Of a stretch of DNA of 64,000 nucleotides, positions 24,801 to 37,264 are shown piece after piece; position 1 is the stretch's first letter, and every line of letters starts with the position of its first letter. Both the position numbers and the translations under genes were made by a program. Origin of the DNA: Eutreptiella sp. 'Long Island Sound 2002' (taxonomy: Eukaryota; Protista; Euglenida); contig OZ038378.1 of the NCBI GenBank assembly GCA_964036045.1, positions 26,474,001 through 26,538,000 of the forward strand. Reading direction: 5' to 3'. Below the pieces are notes generated by a model. That model did no database searches, had not been told where the DNA came from, and worked only from the letters and a program-made list of their open reading frames with translations.

Positions 24801-27800
24801 ACCTGCCTCGTCCAGTGCGCACTCTCCCAACACATATGCAGGCTGGTTGTACACGCCGTGGCGCAGGGGGGTCGACCCACCATGCAGGTTCCACAGGACC
24901 GGGTGTGCCTTTGGCCCACATACCCAACGTCCGCCTGTGTGGGGAGCAAATGCTCGACAAAGGGCCCACGCGGCAGGAAACGTGCACCCGTAAGTTTCGG
25001 CAAGTTTTTGCTGCCACCTACATGAGGGTGGCAATGTGCTACATGTGGCGGTATTGGGCAACCCAGCCCCAGTAGAAGGGCCGCTGCTGACCAGGTGGTA
25101 CCCTTAACCCTAACACTGGAAGCAAAAAGCCACAACAGCCCTGGTGGGCCACTGTGTGTGGGTGTTTGATACATGAGGCACGCAGGGGAGCGGTGTGTTC
25201 ACCGGTGGTGGTGAAAGGGTGTAGCCCTCACCCTAGCACTGGAAAACCAAAGGCGCCGTGCTTGTGGTGCGTGGGCCACTGTGTGTGGGTGTGTGATACG
25301 TGGGCACGCAGGGGAGTGGTGTGTTCACGGGGGGGGGGGTGTGGACCAAACGTCCGCCTCCAGCTGATGGGTACAGCCATACTACGTGGAATGCACCTGA
25401 ACCTGTCCCCGTTAGTACTAAGCTGGGAGACCACTTGGGAACACTCGGTGCTGTAGGTTTTTTTTTTGCTGCCCCATGTGCATGCACCCTCGCACAACAC
25501 ATGCATACACCCCTGGCCTAATCACATTGCTCCCACCATCACCGTGGGCCGAGGGGACACTCAGTCCTGTAGCACCCACATGGTGAGTGGCCAGTTTTCT
25601 GTTGCCACCTACATCAAGATGGCATTGTGGCTTGCGTGGCGGTATTGGGCAATCCACCCAAAGTTGAAGCCAGGAGGGAGACCGGCAACCAACCCCCTCC
25701 ACGGGAGGGAGATGGAGAACCCTACACCTAGCCCGGGAGGGAGGCAGGACGACTATCCTGACCCCTAACTGGTAATGGCAGGCACCAAGTTATGCTATGC
25801 AAGGAGTATATAGGGTGGGGACCGGAAGGAGTGGAAAGGAGGGAGTGATGTGGTTGGGGCAAGGGGTCACCCTTGCCCCAAAAGCAGACACCCTAACCGG
25901 GTGTATGCTTTTGTTGTGTGTCGGCGAGGGCGTGCTACGCGGGGGGTTAGCAAAAAAAGGCGCAGAGCACTGAGTATTACCAAGTGGTCTTTCACACCAG
26001 TACTAATGGGAACAAGATGGATTCCACCAGCCATATCATGTGGAATGCACCCAAAATTGTTCCCAGTACTACTGAGCGGGGAGACCACTTGGGAACACTG
26101 GGTGCTGTACGCTTTTTTTTGCTGCCCCCTGCCCCCTGCGCACACACCCTTGCTGACACACAACACAGGCATACACCCCTTGCCCCAACCACAGTGCTCC
26201 CTCCTTTCCGCGCACCCCCCCCTCAGCCCCCCACCAGCGAACACACTGCTCCCCTGCATACCCCACATATCACACACCCACACACAGTGGCCCACCCACC
26301 ATAAGCAGGGTTGTTGCACCTGTTTATTTTTCAGTGCTAGGGTTCGGGTTACCACCTGGTCAGCAGCGGGCCTTCTATTGGGGGTGTGTTGCTCAATTCC
26401 ACCATGCATGCCACATTGCTGCCCCAATGTAGGTGGCAGCAAAAGCTTGTCAAGAGTTCCACTTTTTTGAGTGTCTATCTTTTTTTGGGACATACTCCTT
26501 GCAAAACATGCAATCCACGGTGAATCCTCACCGACTTTGTGAAGGCCAATGAACCAGGTCCCTTCTACCTTCCTTTTTGTTTGTTTCCTAGTGCTAGTGC
26601 AATGTGCTAGCTTATTGTTTGCTTTGCCCGCTGCCGCCTTGCTGTGCACACCGCTTGCACCTATGTGCTCAGGTTGAGTGGTTGGCGCCTGCCATTACCA
26701 GCTAGGGGTAGCGTTACTCGTCTCCCCTTAGGCTGCGGGTCAGGTTATCCTTCTCCCGCCTATCAATGGGGTAGGGTTGCCGATCTTCCTCCTGGCGAAG
26801 GGGGAGGGATGCGCGGTGTCCCGCCCGCTTAGGCACTCCGTTGTGTACTCTCCCCACACACATGCAGACCGGTTGTACACTGTGCGGGGCCGGGGGCTGC
26901 TAGTGCCACAGGCCCGGGTGTGCCCTTGGCCCAGGGACCCAACATCCGCCTGTGGCTGACATGTACAGCCATACCTCCCCATTAGCACGCCCCCACCCCT
27001 GTATCCTTCCCCACCCCTTGTCCTTCTTTGGGGCGGGGAGGGGCGTCACTTGGTCAACCCCAAAATCACCTCGAAGAGAGGTTGTGAGATCAAGTGCAGG
27101 TGCGGACACCATACACCCCCCCTTTTGGGGGGTTGTTCGTGTAGCATTCCCCAAGGCATGAAATTGGATGTCTAACCCCTTGTAAAATCATTATTTTGCG
27201 AGACAAAATGATCCCCTAATGAATTTTTCGATGTTGAGCCCCACTTTTTGGGGGGTGGGGGTGGGGGTGAGGGGCAACAGTTTGTGCTTAGTGGGATTCG
27301 ACCCGTGGTTTGCAAAACGGCTGAGGGACAAATCATCGAGCGCTCACCTATCCGGTACGGGATTCGAACCTACCCCCCTTTGTCCAAGCACTCCCTTGTC
27401 CAAGCACATGAGCCCGTCTGACCGTTGTTTTTCTGGATTTTTTTTACTATGGCTTTTATGGTCAGAAATGTGACGGTACGGGTTTGTGCTTCGATTGTAG
27501 ACTATGTACAGGCAAATTTCAGCATGTTCTTGAGGTCCTCACTGCCCGTTAGGGGCATCAGTAGTTGTGGAATAGAAGCCCTTTCTAGCCTTGTGCCTCA
27601 TCTTGAACCATTGCACATGCTTGCCCTTTGGGACAAGCTTTGGAGCAGGCTTGGCTTTTGGTTTTGGAATGGGTTTAGGCTTCCTATTCCTTGGGACAAA
27701 ACTGTCATCAACAATATGTTTGGTGAAGTAAAGCTTGCCTTGAAAGACATGGCCAATGCTCCAAATCCCATAGCCCGCTTTGGCCCACACAATCTGCACT

Positions 27801-30215
27801 TCATCATCCTCCCAGGATTTCCCGATTGTGGTCAACGTAGTATGGCACGCCCCCATCCGTGGTACCAGGAGTGGCAACATCAGCCATGGCTCAAAACCAC
27901 ACCAAAATAGACAGCATTGGGTTGTAGTTGCAAGTGGAATATTGGTGTGAGCTAAAGGAACTACTAGAAGCACGATCCAGCTCCCCTTTCCCTTTGTTGT
28001 AGCGCCATGTTGCAACAACTGTGGTTAGGGTGAGGTACGGGCAGGTTTTCGGCGACATACGTACTTTTGGTACCGCGCGTTGCGTGCAAACACGGGCTTG
28101 TCTAAGCACATGAGCCCGTCTGACTTTTGTTTTTCTGACTTTTGGCGTGCTTGGAAAAGGGGGGGGGGGGATACGCTTGGCCGGCCGTCCGCCGACTGTT
28201 TGTCGCTGGACCATTGTCTTTGCTTGCATAGATGAGGTTCACCATCGCTTGTAGATGTAGGCTGCCACCAAAAACAACCCAAACGGGGTGTTTCTGCCTG
28301 CATGCCCATCTGCCTCACTGACTGCCTACTGCCTGCTTGCCTACTGCCTGCCTCTTGCATGCCTGCCTGACTGGCTGATTGGTCAGCTGTCAGCCTAATT
28401 TACTTACTCTAGTGTTCTAGCACTCTTCAAGGTGCCTTGCCGGAGGCAGTAGAATTTCATTGCGGGTAAGTGTTGTGTCTTGCAGGTCAGTGTGTTGTGA
28501 GGCACTGCCATTTGTATCCACCGTATTCATCTCTCAGGCTCTCTGGTAGCCCCTTGGGCGCATGCATCATTTTCGTATTGTTGCATCACTCGCTTTCATT
28601 TGTCATTGTGTTTTGACTGTGACCTGCTTTGCACACCATTGTCATGCTTTGCTATTTCGTTTTCTGCCGCAATTTCTGTGCCCCACAGGGTGCGTATACA
28701 GCGGTAGTACGGTTCCCATAGGGGTGGTGGGGGACCGTCACTTGGCAACCGTCCCTGGGAGGGTGGCGGGGGACCGTCTTCCCTCGGGTGGGGAAGGACA
28801 TGCGGGGGGAGAGGGTACTCGGGGGGAGACCACTTGGGAATACTAGTTGCAGTACACTTTTGTTTGCAAGCCCCCCCCCCCCCTGCCCGCCCGCTCCACA
28901 CTCCCCTGTCCCCCCCCCCCACACACACACTGCCACACACGCACTGCTCCCCTGCGTACCCCACATTTCGCACACCCACACAGTGGCCCACGCACCACAA
29001 GCAGGGCTGTTGTGGCTCTTTGTTTTTCAATGCTAGGGTGAGGGTTAGCACCCGGTCGGCAGCGAACCCTTCAACTTGGGGTGGATTGCCCAATGCCGCC
29101 ACACATGCCAGAATGCCAACCTGATGTAGGTGGCAGCAAGAACCTGTCAAGAGTTACACCTTTTGAGTGTCTATTTATTTTCGGCATAAATTCGTTGCAT
29201 AACATGCAATCTTTGGTGAATCCTCACCGTCTTTTTGGAGGCCAATGGGCCATGTCCTTCCTATATTCCAAAATGTCTTTTTTCTGGGGGTGCACTCGGC
29301 ACCTATTGAAAATAGTTTCCCCCAGACAAGCGATGCAAACCTTTTATTCCTGAAAACTCAGATAAGTGCATACTCCCCGAACCTGGAATTGCGGCACACG
29401 TAGTCGGCCTTTTTGGCACCCCCCCCCCCCCCCAAGCTCCCACACCAGTTTTCCTGAGCCAGGCTTTCAGCACGACAGACAGCCCTCCTCCTTCACACAC
29501 TCGTTTCTCCACACAGCCACCCTGAGATTATGACCAACCACCGGCTCAGGTGGCTGGTATGTAGCCACAACCGCACAGTCACAATGCTGATGGTTGCCAT
29601 TTATTTGTTTCAAATTTCTTGTTTGTTGATTGCTGGCCTTGTTGTTTGTTGTTCATTGCTGCTCGTACCCGATTGACCAGCCATGGATATCCATGGCTTT
29701 GGTTGTTGCAAGTTGTTCAGTGTGGGTTGCCTGATGGCTGGCGGTGGTCATTTTCTGATTCTGGCTGCCTTTTGGTCGCTTCTTGAAGCTGTGCTTGGTT
29801 GGTGGCAGCTCTTTGCAGTCCCCTTGTTGTCAGTCTTCAGTTTTATCTTGTGAAATGCCAGTCTATGGCAGCCAGTTGCTGGTGAGTTGCGTTTCGAGAT
29901 GTTTGTCATTGGCGGCACAGGTATCTGGATGCATTTGCTGGTACCCCCCCCCCCCCGTGTCCAGGAACCGGCAATGTTCGACCGCGGAACTAGGGGTCGG
30001 TTCCTGCGCACGCTTTTCCCCCAAAATTCGACCGCGGAACCAGGGGGTGGTTCTTGCACAAGGCGGTTCCTAGACACGGGGGGGGGGGGGATATGGTCTG
30101 GGTGTTCTGTGCCAGTCCAGGGTCAGTGCTGCTTGCTGCTCTTTGGAAGGGTGGCACAAGGAGATCTGTCGTTGCCCGTCCGCCAGAAGTGTGCATGGCC
30201 ACCGCATTATCATTG

Positions 30216-30247
<32 letters not shown>

Positions 30248-33200
30248 TTGTGTGTGTGTGTGTGTGGGTTGTTGGGATATCCATAGGGTCTTGGTTCTTT
30301 TTTGTGGCACTGTTGCACAGGCTGGTGATGCGGACCCTATTTTATTCGGAGCGTGTTGTGGTGCTTGGTGATGGGCTGTCGACATATGCCCGCCTCCAAT
30401 TGCAGCAGGACATCATCGCTGCGGAACAAGTGCGTGGCAAATTATATTTTGGAGTGACTGCCACTGCGGGTGACCAAGAGGTATTTGCTCAGTTCTGAGC
30501 TGCCGCTCCTCCTATCCTATGGACAGAAGTGTGGTCCGTCCGATGCCACCGCCCACCGCCCTGCAATTCCCTGGCTGTACTGTATACTGTATTCATATTG
30601 CGTATACCACGGTGCACGGTGCATCAAGTGTACAAGGCGTTGGGATGTGTCGTACCATCCCGATGCGTTGAGCCCCAACACCTTGTACGACGCCCCGACG
30701 CGTGTACAGTGCATTTCCAACAATGCTCGAAGTCGCGACCGCACCGCCGGTTGCGCTCCTGTAGAGCCGTGGCACACGCCGCCATGGCAAGAGTGTTTGC
30801 ACTCTGCACTGAAGATGATTGCCGTGTGGATCCTGAATGTGTTGATGCCACGACCCGCCACCAGGGAGAAACAGAAACAGTGGGCCAACACAGCGGCTTG
30901 GTGCATCTTTGTGAGTGCTGAGAAGTCGATTGATGCCGCCCACTGCTTGGAGACCAGCTAAATCTCAGCCGCCCCCCCATTCTCCCACGCAGCAATCGCC
31001 GAATCCTGACCCAGGTTTCCAGCAGGGGTAGTGCATGTGCTTCGTGTCTGCTAATGTTGATGCCTCTTTGTGTGTCTGTTGAGGGCGAGGGAAAATCGTG
31101 CCGTTCCCAGGATGGTCACCCCAAGTGATGCACGCAGCGCAAGTGCCCCCCAGAGTGCTTTAGAGTGTGCATTCTGAACGATCCATTCTGTGACCTCCAG
31201 AGCACTGGAGGCTGCACACCAAGCCAGCCAGCATCAGATACCTGTCTTAAGCCCCTGCCTGACCATCTGCCGTTCCACACTAATTGCATTGCGTTCGCCA
31301 CATCTTCATGGCAAAACCCACACCTCATCTGTTGAAGCTCCCAGTTGCTGTCACCACAATGCCACCCGGTGGTCTCCACCCTCACAAGCCTCAACACATT
31401 CCTTGTTACCTCTGAGCATTGCGCTGAGGGTCGATCAACATCACGACAAAGGTGCCTGCAGTCTGGGTGCCCAGAAAAAACTGCCCTCGATAACCAGCTA
31501 AGAGTGTTGCACCACATGTGATTGCAGTCATTGGGCCGCAGCTGATGGAATGGAAAACAAGTTCTGTGCAATTTCCATCCCACAATCGGGGGGGAGGTCG
31601 TTGAAAAGGTGGCCCCAAAAAAAAAGGTTGTGTGTGGGTTCAGAAGGCTACGACGGAACTTTCGTCACTCGTATCACTTGCTCCGCTCTGAATTGATGGC
31701 CCTAGCCCACCAACACAGCCTCAAGGCCGGTTGGCTGTTGTGGGGCACAGTGCAACTATAAATGCCACCCTCACACCCGGTGCCAAACCTGTCCTGTTGA
31801 GGAAGATTCAGTATTGGAGTGTTCACAAGAATGCCTCTGTCCATCGTTCCGCGGCGTCCTCCTGTCATTCTTCTGTCACAGGTCATGCGCCTACCCAAGC
31901 ATCAGGCACGACTGCTTTTTGGGACCAGTGCAGTGGACAAGGCCATGACGGCCTGGCTGGAGATCTGCGACAGCATTGTTCATCAGAGCCATGTTTCTCT
32001 AGCGATGGGGCAGGCAGCAATTGCACGGCTTTTCACGATTTTTGACGAGGTGATGGCCGGGCTGGACCAATCTTTTATGGTTTACAAGGTGCTTGACAGT
32101 GTATTGTGCACTGGGAAGCAACCTGACCTGCGCAGAACGGTTCCAAGAAGGATTTTCCTGTTTTTTTCTTGCTCAGAAAAGGGCCCAATCCCGACTGTAA
32201 ATTTTTCCTTCCCTCTTCTTTTTGCATGGGCAGCCGGCAGTTTGCATCGATCATGCCATAAATTGATGTCTGGATGATTTCAGAGTCTAGCTGATTCATT
32301 TTTGTGGATTTTTATGGCGAAATCTGTGCGTTTTGTCAGTCGATTGAGAACGGATGTAAGTGATAAACTGTTGCGTAGAAGGATTTGTTTTCCATTTTGA
32401 TGGGACGGACCATGTTGGGCACCTGTCTGTTTGCATACAAGGAAGCGGACCCTTGCAGTGGCATGAATGTGTCATACGAATGTGTCTGTAGGCAATTTTT
32501 GAATACAAGGCTACCCAACACACACCAGTTTTGAGGGTGTATTGAAGCATCAAAATTTGGTGACAATAAGCACTGATGGAAAAAATTTCCCATGGCACAT
32601 GTTCATTTTTCAGCCCTGTGGTAGTTTTGCACCCCCCAAGATAAGAGTCATGTTGGAGGAGGAAGTGGAGTTCATGGGCATGTTGTGCACACCCATCTCC
32701 ATCAACACATTTCACATGTACAATCCACTCTTCCCTTTTTCAATTTTAGAGTACCCACCTGTTTTAACAATTGGATATTTTCTTTTACATGTCATTTTCA
32801 CTCATTGTGGGTTTGGGGGAGCCTTAAGCGTAGTGCTCGCGCAGTGCGCGCGCAGTGCAACTATTTGGGCACCTGGCCGTAATAGAAACCCATACTTTGT
32901 GGTACTTTGGGCATCATTGTTGTTTGGTAGTAGGTTTTGATGCATTGGGGATCTGGCATTTTTGGATGTTCACCCTGTTTCACCCATTTCTACTTTTTTT
33001 CACACGTTTTTTGCCCATTTCCACCACACCTACTCTTTTTCTCGGTTGATTGATATGGTGATGCACTTTGAGGGTGCCTGCTACAAGACATCATACCTCC
33101 TCCTCCCTCCTCATTTCTCAGGCCCATTTTCTCCATGGATCTCAGTATTGGGGATAGGGTGTTCTACACCCGCTCCAATGGCCTGCGACCTCCTGCCACG

Positions 33201-36200
33201 GTGGTTGGGACGGCCGAAGACGGACTCCTCCACTTGGAATACTACCAAGATGGGTTTAGAGTGGTGAATCGGCAATGCAAGATGGAGTCCATCTCCTTTG
33301 CCATCCCAAGTTTAGATTTGCCACCTGATTGCCCTCCATCTCCGCTGCCCAACACACCGTCAAGTCCCCCCCCCAAAGGCCCCTGGTCCTTCGCTATGCC
33401 AGAAGAACCAGGAAGGTCCCCCTCAAGGCCCCCTCAAGTCCAGTTAGGGTCGCCTAATTCTAAGGGTGTTTCCAAGGGGCGTGCCTAGGGGCTTTTCGGG
33501 GGGAACATAGTCTAAAAGTAGCGCGCAGTGCGCGCGCAGTGCAAGCATTCCCCCTTTGAAGCCCCTGTACTTGGTGTATATGTACAAATGTCGGGGTGGG
33601 TGATGGGCACAAATGCTGCGCCTACTACAGCAAATTTGGTTCTTCGCTTTTATGAAAGCCGTGTCCCATCCCCTCTCCTCCATGTTATGTGTCGTTTTAT
33701 TGATGATGGTCTTGTTATCCTCTCTCTAATGTTACTTGTGAGCAATTTTTGCAAGACATTCAAGCATTTTATCCCACCCCCTTGAAAGTGGAGTTTGAAG
33801 TGTTCAACTGCATGACAAACATTCCATTTATGTATTTAATAATTGTCAAGGTGAACCCATTTGAGACAAGTGTGTATTTTACACTAGCCCATACATGTTC
33901 TTACGTCCCTTGGGTTCTACTACTCCAAGGCATGTGACGTTGGGATTACAGGAGAATGCATTCATTTTCTTCATTTGTGTTCTCTTGCAGCATGCACGCA
34001 TAGCCAGATCCGCGTGTGCGTGTGTGTGCAAGCACCACAAGACGCAGAGACACAGGAAAAGCGACTATTTTGCGACGCTGTCTGGTAAATTTCTTACCCT
34101 ATACCCATAGGACTGGATTTTGAATGTCGTGTTCCATGCACATCCCTATTTCATGTTGTAACACTTTGGAAGTGTTGGGTTTTTGTTTTATATACCTTTG
34201 CATTATTGTTGAATAGTTGAAGATTAATTTTGTGGGTTTTGCTTTTCAAGGATGAGGTTGACAACATCCAAGTGAATTTTATCTATTGCAGGGGCCATGC
34301 TGCCCTTGGTGGGGTGGGGACGCCCAGCCACAACCTCATTGTCACACACCCGCCATGGTCTCAGATCTGCTTGCATCCAACTTGCTCCAAATCCATCTAA
34401 AAGCTTGTGTTTCTGTGTGGTTAACACATCAAGGGATTGAGCAGGTCGCTCAATTTTGTCTAGAGAGCTGCACGTCATTTGGATTAGCTGGATAAGAGAG
34501 AGGGAGGTGATCAGTGTGTTGAATTTCATGGTTTGCTGCTTTTGTCCGATGTGAGGCCAAAAATGTTCAGAATTGTGATGAAGTAACAGGATAAACAACA
34601 AATTTGACAAGGAATGACGGCACAGAGTGCAATATATTAATACATAAGCTGTGTTATTCAAGGTGATGAAGATCCACCCCTCGGCTAAGCACAGCTGACT
34701 AGAGGGAACATTTGGTGCCTGATGTAATTCGGTGAGCTCAAAAAGGGCTCAAAATGGGCTCATTTCACTTGTTTGTGCACCCCAAATGATCCAAGATCAT
34801 TTTTGGAAAACGCATTTTTGACCCGTTTTTGACCCATTTTTGGTACCAAAACGGCCCATTTCAAGGCATTTTGGGATTTTTGGAGGGCCAAAACGCGTCA
34901 CCACGGGCTCAAAACGGGCTAAAAACACTTGTTTGAGCATCCCAAGTGGCCAAGGAACAACTTTGGAAGAAATCATTCTTTTCGCCCCGGGGACCCTGGT
35001 GGACCCACCATTGGCCCCGACCATGCGGGGCCCGGGCTGCCCTCTAGCTCCACCAAAGTGACCACTGGTACAGGGCTCTAGGTGTCTCGTTGGGCACACT
35101 TGAAGGGAACCCATGGAATCTCGAAGTTCTGTGCGCAATGCTGTACTTTTGCTGACCTGTGACACTTGGTATGTGTCCCCTGAATTCCGGCAGCCCTCTT
35201 TCAGCGCCCTGCAGCCCTCTAGATGACTTGTTGGATTTAAACCGACATTCATTTCAATTGTTAGGTCTTTCCTTATAACTATCCCCCGCCCTACTTGCCA
35301 CCTCCAGGGACCGTAGTAGGCTCGGCTTGGACAAGGGGAGGGGGTACCGCATGGCTCATGAACGTATTCACAGTTTCCTGGACTGTTGGTCTTCTTCTAC
35401 TTACATCCCCAATACCTCAGGACGATGCGTTGGTGTACCAGGCCACTGGTAGAGTCATAGACCTAGTTCTTGGGGTCCTTCTCTCCATCCTCATTATTCT
35501 GTTGTACCTGGCCATCATCTCCCCGTCCGTGCGCAACATGGTGGCCTGTGGGGAGGGCACGGAGCAGATGCTGCGCAGCATCCCTGAGGACATTGTACGC
35601 AAAGTGCCCGCAATCGCGTCGTACCTGCAGATTGCCGGCAGCGAAGCTGTTGAGGTGCCTTCTGCCCATGGCCTGCAACCTCGGCTTTGCTTCGGTTGCT
35701 GTTGACTTGGGGGCACGTTGGGAGAGCCGGTGAGGGCAGTTTCTTGCGTTTGCAGAGCTGCTTGGGGGCAGGGAAGAGCTTATTCCCTTGGGAACAGAAG
35801 GCCCAAAGCCCTGCAAATGAGGCATTCACATCGTTCAGCAGCAAGACCCCTCAAGTTGAATGCCTTCCGATAAGTTCTGCCTGAAAGTGGCCCTGGTGCG
35901 TTTTTTTTGGGGGGGTTATGCAATCTACATCTGTTGCATATGTCCTGCGGAGGTGCCGACAGTGGCCCAAAGGGGGGTAAGAAATTTTTTGCAGTGAATT
36001 TGCAATGAAGGCACGGGAAAATTTTTGCGGCTGCAAAAATCAGGGCAATTTTATTTCATCGAGGATTGTTGAGGGAAGCGGAGTAATGTGCGAAAATGTT
36101 TGATTTTTGCATATTTTTTACACATTTTGGTGATTGGCTGATGGCCTGACCTCCTTTCCACTCCCTATTGCCTCAGATTACTGCAGGTTTCCAAGGCCAC

Positions 36201-37202
36201 AGTGGTGCGGGCGATGGCAGTCCTAGCAGCAGTGCGCCACCTGGGGGCCATGTGGAAGGACCCCCAACCCCCCCAACGCGCACACCTGCGCCTACTTCTG
36301 AGGGTCAGCCGGCGGGTGTCGGGGTCCCGCAGGAAGGGCACAGGCCCCGGCCAAGGGGCCGGGCAGCCCACCAGGCTCCTGGTGCAAGGGAGGGCTCAGC
36401 TGCATGGCACGTGCACTGGAACGTTCAACATTGCAGGGCCACGTTTCATCAATGCGCCTATAATGCCTCTTGGGGGGAGATTGTGTGTGGCCCGTGTCTG
36501 CTATTGCCCTGTGCCCACGGATATCCCTGTGGATCCAGCCCGGGGTGTGGCCCCCCTTGGTCCACCCCATGGAGAGGGCCATGTGCACCCGGCAGCCCAC
36601 AGGGGTGGGCGGCCGCCTTTTCCGCAGCTACTGAACACAGAACCCACAGAACTCACGGAGCACAGAGCTCATCACAACCCTCGTACTTCCAGTGTCTGCC
36701 ACCCGCTGCCTCAGGTCCGAGCTGCCATGATGAAGTCCGAGAAGCTGCTCCGCAACATCCTGCCGCCGTCCATCACCGCCCGCCTCAAGAAAGGGGAGTC
36801 CCCAATCGGAGACTCGTATTTCGATGTCACTCTGATGTTCACGGATATGGTGGGCTTTACCAGGTGTCAAGGCAGGAAGGTGGGAGGGTGCGGAACAGGC
36901 CTTAGTGACAAATAAGTGCCACAGCTCTAAAACCCTAAAATGCCTAAAATTGGCCTCCCATTTCGGGCACCTGAAATCCTGAGGATACTTTTTCTGATGT
37001 CGGTGGATGGGTGGATTGGCTGGGGCCAGGGGCCTCAGATGACCCCCCCCCCCCCCCCGGGTCCTTCAGCAATGGCCTGGTGTGCAATGTGGGCCAACAA
37101 GCTTCAAGGAGGCACAGTGCGAATCTTTTCTTTGCAGAAGATGAAGGCAGGGCAAAGGTGGGTGGGGTGCACTTGAAGACAATCTGAAGTCGTTCGATTC
37201 TT

Positions 37203-37264
<62 letters not shown>

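Noticed and set aside
27290-27380. tRNA gene
   Set aside because: Only B-box-like motifs are present; I could not fold an acceptor or anticodon stem.
30500-31600. Possible LINE RT remnants in intron 6
   Set aside because: Only vague motifs (SYKVLG, CGFCH). Insufficient to support a call.
34224-34661. GIY-YIG endonuclease of the Penelope-like element
   Set aside because: AYVLIYCTLC is suggestive, but the second motif is missing and it lies on the opposite strand to the RT. Too weak to call.
32300-34700. Hammerhead ribozyme expected near Penelope-like elements
   Set aside because: No CTGANGA...GAAA core with flanking stems found by eye.
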